A stretch of DNA of 64,000 nucleotides, from the NCBI GenBank assembly GCA_934573735.1, contig CAKTMC010000001.1, positions 24,689-88,688 of the forward strand, in the 5' to 3' direction. The notes under the pieces are model-generated. The model did no database searches and was not told where the DNA came from. It saw only the letters and a list, made by a program, of their open reading frames with translations. Below are positions 58,570-64,000 of the stretch, piece after piece. The translations under genes and the position numbers were made by a program. The stretch is from an uncultured Oscillospiraceae bacterium (lineage in GTDB: Bacteria; Bacillota; Clostridia; Oscillospirales; Oscillospiraceae). The stretch's first letter is position 1; the number at the start of each line of letters is the position of its first letter.

Positions 58570-58611
58570 TCGCTTTCACGGTGTTTTTTTATTTGAAAAG
58601 GAGTAGATTTT

Positions 58612-59811
58612 ATGCAATCACAAAAAGCAAGGCTCTGGACAAAAGATTTCATTTTGATAATCATTATCAATTTTCTCGTGTTCATGAACCACATCATGCT
58701 GCTGTCAACCTTTCCCTTTTATATAGAGAGTCTGGGCGGCAGTGAGGCTCTCGCCGGGCTTGCGGCAACGCTGTTTTCATTTGTCGCCGTGCTATGCCGT
58801 CCCTTTGTCGGCTGGATGCTCGATAGCGGAAAGCGCCGTGCGATATTATTTGCCGGGCTTATCGGTATGCTTTTGATGCCGCTCGGCTATATGCTCGCCT
58901 CGGTGATATTCCTCGCCTTTGTATTCAGAATGGTTCACGGCGCGTCGCTTGCCCTGAGCAACACCGCCACCGCCACGATAGCCTCCGATATCATTCCCGC
59001 GTCCCGCTTTGCCGAGGGCATGGGTATGTTCGGCATGGCGACCGCGCTTGCCACCTCCTGCGCCCCGGCGCTCGGGCTCTATCTTATGGACAGCTTCAGC
59101 TTCACGGTTTTGTTTGCCTGTGCTATGGGCTCGGTGCTCATTGCGCTTATCCTGTTCTTGATACTCAAAACTCCTCCGATAAAGGCTGAGAAGAAGGCAC
59201 TGAATATCTCGGCGCTTTTTTCGCGCAGTGCCGTCCCCGCCTCGGTCATTGCGCTGGTATTCATGCTCACCTTCGGAGCGCTTGAAAATTTCCTCGCCAA
59301 ATACGCCGTTGAAGCGGCGCTTCCCTCCGGCGGTCTTTTCTTTGCTATCATGGCGGTAATGCTGCTGCTCGTTCGCGCCGTGCTCGGCAAATACGCCGAC
59401 AAAAAGGGTGAGGCAATGTTTGTCTACACCTGCAACGCCTCGATGCTTGCGGCCTTTCTCCTCCTCGCCCTCGCGCCGAACAGCCTGAGCTTTATTATCG
59501 CCGCCGTGCTTGCAGGCTATGCCTTCGGCGGACTTGAGCCGGCGCTGCAATCCATGGCCGTCCACAGCTCCGCTGCGGCAGAGCGCGGCTCGGCAAACTC
59601 CACCTTTCTCTGCGCCTATGATATTGGCATAGGGCTTGGCGGCGGCATTGCGGGAGCGCTCATAAGCGGGCTCGGCTACGAGCAGATGTTCGTCATTCTC
59701 TCCGCTGCAAATATAATTTCGGTGCTTCTCTATGTGTTCTGGGGCAGACACGATGCCTCGTCGATATCGCGCACGCTGCGCATGGCAACGGAGGGAAACG
59801 AAAATGCCTGA
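58612..59811 (+). CDS. MFS-family transporter
   Basis: 12 TM helices; MFS motif region GWMLDSGKRR; AAAAGGAG RBS. Confidence 0.8.
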   Translation: MQSQKARLWTKDFILIIIINFLVFMNHIMLLSTFPFYIESLGGSEALAGLAATLFSFVAVLCRPFVGWMLDSGKRRAILFAGLIGMLLMPLGYMLASVIFLAFVFRMVHGASLALSNTATATIASDIIPASRFAEGMGMFGMATALATSCAPALGLYLMDSFSFTVLFACAMGSVLIALILFLILKTPPIKAEKKALNISALFSRSAVPASVIALVFMLTFGALENFLAKYAVEAALPSGGLFFAIMAVMLLLVRAVLGKYADKKGEAMFVYTCNASMLAAFLLLALAPNSLSFIIAAVLAGYAFGGLEPALQSMAVHSSAAAERGSANSTFLCAYDIGIGLGGGIAGALISGLGYEQMFVILSAANIISVLLYVFWGRHDASSISRTLRMATEGNENA

Positions 59812-60310
59812 GACTCGCGTTGAAAAGCTCATTTTCGGCATATTTATGTCCGTCAGCATGGCCATTGGCATGGAAATCTACAACGTTGCAATAAGCATGG
59901 GCTACGCCGCCCAGGTCGGCGGACTCAGCAGCATGAGAAACGCCGTATTCCCTGCCGCGCTTGTTGAGGCGTCTTATATGTGGATATTTGTGTTTATCTT
60001 TTCAAATCTCTGGGGCAACCGCGGCGGGCGCGCTCTGGCGGCAAAAATCATCCGCCCCGGGCAGGATAACCCGTTTTTCGTAACGCTCGTCATCTCCGGC
60101 TGCACAGTGCTTGTGATGTGCCCCACGATGAGCATGGTAGCGGCACTCCTGTTCAGCGTGGCCCCGGGCTATGCAGCCATAACAGAGCTGCCTGCGGTCT
60201 GGGTAGGCACGCTTATCAAAAACTTCCCCATGGCGCTGCTCTGGAATTTCTTTGCGGCGGGACCCCTGAGCCGCTTACTGTTTCGCAGTATTTTCCGCCG
60301 CAATAAATAA
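59804..60310 (+). CDS. DUF2798-domain membrane protein
   Basis: Start MPETRVEKLIFGIFMSVSMAIGMEIYN (the DUF2798 opening); overlaps the MFS stop (ATGCCTGA). Confidence 0.6.
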   Translation: MPETRVEKLIFGIFMSVSMAIGMEIYNVAISMGYAAQVGGLSSMRNAVFPAALVEASYMWIFVFIFSNLWGNRGGRALAAKIIRPGQDNPFFVTLVISGCTVLVMCPTMSMVAALLFSVAPGYAAITELPAVWVGTLIKNFPMALLWNFFAAGPLSRLLFRSIFRRNK

Positions 60311-60428
60311 GCGCTTCCCGAAAACGAGAAAAGTGTGGAAAGGCTCTTGCTGAGCTGTTATAATCATTCAGAATAATTATAACAGCTCAGGCAGAAAGGC
60401 TTCTGCTTACCGGGGAGATAGGACAAGT

Positions 60429-60917
60429 ATGTGTGAGTTAAAGATAAGCTTCAATCAGGTTGAAAAAGCAATCTCTGTGATGCGTGAGGTTTCGACTTGG
60501 GGACGGAAACAGGGATATCGTGTCTGGCCCGATGAATGGCTGACTGAGGGTGAATTGATCACTCCCGATGCCCAGCCGGAAAATTTCTGTATAGGGACGA
60601 TTGACGGTGAAATTGCCTGCGCTTTTATTCAGCAATGGGCAGACGGCAGCTACTGGCCTAATGCCACCAAATATGAAGCCGCCTATCTTCACAAGTTTTG
60701 CGTGCGGCGTGATTTTGCCGGGATGGGTATGTCAAAGCTGGTCACAGAGGCAATCCGGGTAGAATGCCGCAAGTGTGGTGTTCGGTATATCCGGCTGGAC
60801 ACCGGACTGGAGGAGAAGGTCGTCAGAAAGATATACCCGTCCGCCGGCTATAAGATCGTAGATATTCTTGATTATCCCAATGGCCGCTCATTGGCTTTAT
60901 ATGAATTAGAGGTGTAG
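60429..60917 (+). CDS. GNAT-family N-acetyltransferase
   Basis: Acetyl-CoA motif region (FCVRRDFAGMGMSKLV), 162 aa. Confidence 0.7.
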   Translation: MCELKISFNQVEKAISVMREVSTWGRKQGYRVWPDEWLTEGELITPDAQPENFCIGTIDGEIACAFIQQWADGSYWPNATKYEAAYLHKFCVRRDFAGMGMSKLVTEAIRVECRKCGVRYIRLDTGLEEKVVRKIYPSAGYKIVDILDYPNGRSLALYELEV

Positions 60918-61078
60918 TGGTCGGAAGTGGGCTTTGTCCCCCTGGTGTAAACTATATAGTGGGAGTATGAGGCATGCGGTCATGAAAGCTATGACTTCGA
61001 TGCGGCAGCAAAAGCGTGAAACGAGTCGGAAACCATAAACAATTATAGTCAAAAACGGAAGAAGAAGTAGATAAACGG

Positions 61079-61118
61079 CAAAAAAACGGATGTAACTGAA
61101 ATCAGTTACATCCACTCG
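61079..61118 (-). terminator. Rho-independent terminator downstream of tRNA-Met
   Basis: Minus-strand GGATGTAACTGA-TT-TCAGTTACATCC followed by GTTTTTT. Confidence 0.75.
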
Positions 61119-61121
61119 ATA

Positions 61122-61197
<76 letters not shown>

Positions 61198-61204
61198 ATA
61201 TTTA

Positions 61205-61255
61205 CTTAGCTTATATATAATAGCACAGCCCGACACTGTTGTCAAGACTTTTTTC
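61205..61255 (-). promoter_or_regulatory. Promoter TTGACA-N17-TATTAT for the tRNA-Met gene
   Basis: Minus-strand GTCTTGACAACAGTGTCGGGCTGTGCTATTATATATAAG ends about 15 nt before the mature tRNA 5-prime end. Confidence 0.65.
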
Positions 61256-61302
61256 TGCCGCTACATTAAAAACCTGAATTGATGCCGGCACAGCGATTAA
61301 AA

Positions 61303-61336
61303 CCGTTCCCGTGAGGAATTATTCCTCACGGGAATC
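61303..61336 (-). terminator. Terminator hairpin after the CNNM/CorC tandem
   Basis: TTCCCGTGAGG-AATTATT-CCTCACGGGAA; minus-strand tail GGTTTTAATC. Confidence 0.55.
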
Positions 61337-61378
61337 AGTTTATAAATCAATTCAAAAATTGCTTTGCGGTAATTTATC

Positions 61379-62653
61379 TCAGAGCTTTGCCTTTTCGCCC
61401 TCGGGCGCGACCTTGACGAGCACACGCTCGACACGCCGGCCGTCCATGGCAAGCACCGTGACCGTCATGTTCCTGAAGCTGAAGCTGTCGCCCTCCTTGG
61501 GGAAGCCGCCGAACATCTCAAGCGTCCAGCCGCCGACGGTGTTGCTCTCAGCGTCAAAATCGTCCTCATTCAGACCGACAAGCTCAAGAAAATCGGAGAG
61601 TATCATCGCGCCGTCAAGCTCATATTCGCTTTCCTCGCGCTGCACGACCTCATGCTCGACCACGTCGCTCTCGTCCCAGATATCACCGACAATCTGCTCA
61701 AGCACGTCCTCCATGGAAACTACGCCCAGCGTGCCGCCATACTCGTCGGACACAATGGCGAGGTGCTGCTTTGCCTTGCGCAGAGTATTGAGCACGGCGG
61801 GCAGCTTCATGGTTTTATAGACATAGCAGGGGGGCATCAAAAGCTTACGGACATCGGCGCGGCCGTCATCCGCCAGAGCCTTGAGAAAATGATTCAGATA
61901 AAGGATACCGATGACATTATCAATGCTGCCCTCATAGACAGGCAGACGTGTGAAGGGCGCATCCTCGACTATGGCAAGAATTTCCTCCCAATCGTCCTCA
62001 ATATCTATCGCCTGAACGTCCACGCGCGCGGTCATGACCTCAAACGCCGAGGTTTCGGAGAAGTCTATCGCGGCCTGCACAAGCTCGGACTGATCCTCAT
62101 CGAGAACGTCCTCGTCCTCGGCAGTCTCGATTATCGACTGAAGCTCCTCAACGGCCTCATCGGAGGCGTCGTCACTGTCCGCAGGCTTGATGCCGCGGGT
62201 CATGAGGTTGATAAGCGAAACGACCAGCCACACAAGAGGATAGAATATTATCATCATCGTGCGGACGACGTAGGCATTTTTGAGCGAGGTGCGGTTTGCG
62301 TTCTTCTTGGCGCTAATCTTCGGCATCGTCTCGCCGAAAATAATGACAAGCAGAGTCAGAATAATCGTTGCAAGCCATGTATATTCTGTCTCGCCGGTCA
62401 CAAGAAAGACCGCAACGGAGGCAAGCGACGAGGCGCCGATATTTGCAAGGTTATTGCCGATAAGTATTGCGCTGAGTGCATCGTCAAAGTGCTCTGCGAT
62501 GTACACCGCAGCCTTTGCGCGCTTTGAGCCGCCGTCCCGCGCACCTTCAAGGCGCATGACATTGCACGACGAGAACGCCATCTCGGACGCGGAGCAGAAG
62601 TTCGACAGGCACAGGCACAGGAAGATGCCTATAAATACAAGAGCCGTATTCAC
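61379..62653 (-). CDS. CNNM/HlyC/CorC-family transporter (DUF21 TM domain + CBS pair + CorC_HlyC)
   Basis: 424 aa with an N-terminal 4-TM DUF21 region, two CBS motifs and a C-terminal transporter-associated domain. Confidence 0.8.
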   Translation of the reverse strand: MNTALVFIGIFLCLCLSNFCSASEMAFSSCNVMRLEGARDGGSKRAKAAVYIAEHFDDALSAILIGNNLANIGASSLASVAVFLVTGETEYTWLATIILTLLVIIFGETMPKISAKKNANRTSLKNAYVVRTMMIIFYPLVWLVVSLINLMTRGIKPADSDDASDEAVEELQSIIETAEDEDVLDEDQSELVQAAIDFSETSAFEVMTARVDVQAIDIEDDWEEILAIVEDAPFTRLPVYEGSIDNVIGILYLNHFLKALADDGRADVRKLLMPPCYVYKTMKLPAVLNTLRKAKQHLAIVSDEYGGTLGVVSMEDVLEQIVGDIWDESDVVEHEVVQREESEYELDGAMILSDFLELVGLNEDDFDAESNTVGGWTLEMFGGFPKEGDSFSFRNMTVTVLAMDGRRVERVLVKVAPEGEKAKL

Positions 62654-63966
62654 TGAGCCTCGCCTCCCTTCTCCTCGGGCACGAGCGCGACCTTGAGCTT
62701 GAGTATGCGGTTATGCTCCATCTCTGTGACCGTGACCCTGAGCCCGTGATACTCAAAGCTCTCGCCGGCCTTGGGAATGGCGGAGAACTGCTCATATGCC
62801 CATTCGCCCATGAGCGTATTGACAAGCTCCTCGTTCTCCTCGGGATCCTCAAAGTCGAAAAGCTCAAACACGTCGCTGACGGACTGATCCGCATCGACCA
62901 CATAGCTTCCGTCCGGAAGCGCAACGACCGGCTCCTCGACAATGTCCTCCTCATCCCATATTTCGCCGACAAGCTCCTCAAGAATATCCTCGACCGTGAC
63001 AATGCCGAGTGTGCCGCCGTAGTTATCCGTGACAACGGCCATGTTCAGCTTGCGCTTGGACATGACGGGCAGAAGCTCGTCGATATTCATGCTGTGATGG
63101 ACGAAAAACGCCTCGTCGAGCAGGGGGCGGATGTTCAGATCGTTGCCTTGACGGAGATATGCCTTGATAAAGCGGCGTATCTGAAGGATGCCGATAATAT
63201 TGTCAATGCTGCCCTCATAGACCGGCAGACGGCTGTGGGGCTGATTTTTTATATAAGCGAGAATTTCCTCATGGCTGCTGGCGATATCCACGGCGGCGAG
63301 GTCAACTCTCGGCGTGAGCACGCTTTCAACCGTGACCTCGCCGAACTGAAGCGCAGAAGAAATCAGGTCGCCCTGCTCCTCGTCGAGGCTGCCCTCCTCG
63401 GTCATGTCCTCTATCATGTCGTAAATCTCGTCCTCGGTCATCGAGGTCTCCCCGTCGCCGGGGGTGAGCCTTGCCGCAGCCTGACCTATCTTTGTCAGAA
63501 GCCTTGAAAGCGGACCGAACAGCTTCATGAAGAACAAAAGCACGCCCGAGCAGGCCTTTGCAAAGCGCTCACTGTACTTTTTCGCAATGCTTTTCGGGAG
63601 CATTTCGCCCGCAAAAAACACGACGATGGTTGTGACAATGGTGCTGACAGACACGGCGCTCAAGCCCCACAGCCGCGTGACCGCGACAGTCACCAGCGAG
63701 GCCGTGGCAATATGTACGATATTCGTACATATCAGCAGAGTGCTGATAGCCATGTCAAAGTTATCAAGAATGTACATTGCTCTTTTCGCGCCGGGCTCAC
63801 CGCGCTCGGCGGCGACCTTCATCTTTGTGCGCGAGGCGGAGGCAAACGCGGTCTCGGCCACGGCAAAGAACATTGCGCAGAAAAGCAGCGCAACTGCGAT
63901 TATCCAGGGGGTAAGCTCGGGCGGGGCCTGAGCTGCCATTTCCGGCAATCGACTGCCATCATCCAT
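62650..63966 (-). CDS. CNNM/HlyC/CorC-family transporter, tandem paralog
   Basis: 438 aa with the same architecture. Its stop overlaps the downstream paralog start (ATGA). Confidence 0.8.
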   Translation of the reverse strand: MDDGSRLPEMAAQAPPELTPWIIAVALLFCAMFFAVAETAFASASRTKMKVAAERGEPGAKRAMYILDNFDMAISTLLICTNIVHIATASLVTVAVTRLWGLSAVSVSTIVTTIVVFFAGEMLPKSIAKKYSERFAKACSGVLLFFMKLFGPLSRLLTKIGQAAARLTPGDGETSMTEDEIYDMIEDMTEEGSLDEEQGDLISSALQFGEVTVESVLTPRVDLAAVDIASSHEEILAYIKNQPHSRLPVYEGSIDNIIGILQIRRFIKAYLRQGNDLNIRPLLDEAFFVHHSMNIDELLPVMSKRKLNMAVVTDNYGGTLGIVTVEDILEELVGEIWDEEDIVEEPVVALPDGSYVVDADQSVSDVFELFDFEDPEENEELVNTLMGEWAYEQFSAIPKAGESFEYHGLRVTVTEMEHNRILKLKVALVPEEKGGEAQ

Positions 63967-64000
63967 TTAGGATATACAACTCCTTTTGTTTATAGAATAA

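Overview
This window is a high-GC (about 60%) stretch of Firmicutes/Clostridia chromosome, mostly a housekeeping core. The organism is probably a sporulating member of the Oscillospiraceae/Ruminococcaceae, because a spoIIGA-sigE pair is present. Most genes are on the minus strand and tightly packed, many with ATGA-type stop/start overlaps.

Core genes recognised from the translations:
- Translation and ribosome: der, rpmF, yceD, an RluA-family pseudouridine synthase, pheS-pheT behind a T-box leader, hisS-aspS, a housekeeping-type ABC-F ATPase.
- Cell shape and wall: mgsA, PBP2, mreD, mreC, maf, a U32 peptidase.
- Replication: a DnaD-like/DnaI-like helicase-loader pair and polC.
- Isoprenoid/UMP cluster: polC-ispG-rseP-dxr-[AlkD-like DNA alkylation repair gene]-uppS-frr-pyrH.
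- Sporulation and metabolism: spoIIGA-sigE, sdaAB/sdaAA, an OYE-family enoate reductase.
- Other: a YtrA-like GntR plus ABC exporter operon, an HtrA protease, CinA, ThiI, a ComM/YifB ATPase, two tandem CNNM/CorC transporters, an MFS transporter and one initiator-type tRNA-Met.

Accessory-looking content:
- A low-GC islet (about 14.7-16.8 kb) of three hypothetical proteins.
- An AT-rich Cys-rich lipoprotein gene wedged between thiI and comM.
- A MarR/membrane/flavodoxin operon.
- A DUF2804 protein plus a minimal nucleotidyltransferase.
- A dispersed roughly 280-bp hairpin-rich repeat present twice (about 20.0 kb and 43.9 kb), one copy carrying a truncated DUF559 endonuclease fragment.

No CRISPR array, rRNA or intact transposase was seen. 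Many gene-length antisense ORFs are GC-driven shadows and were discarded.
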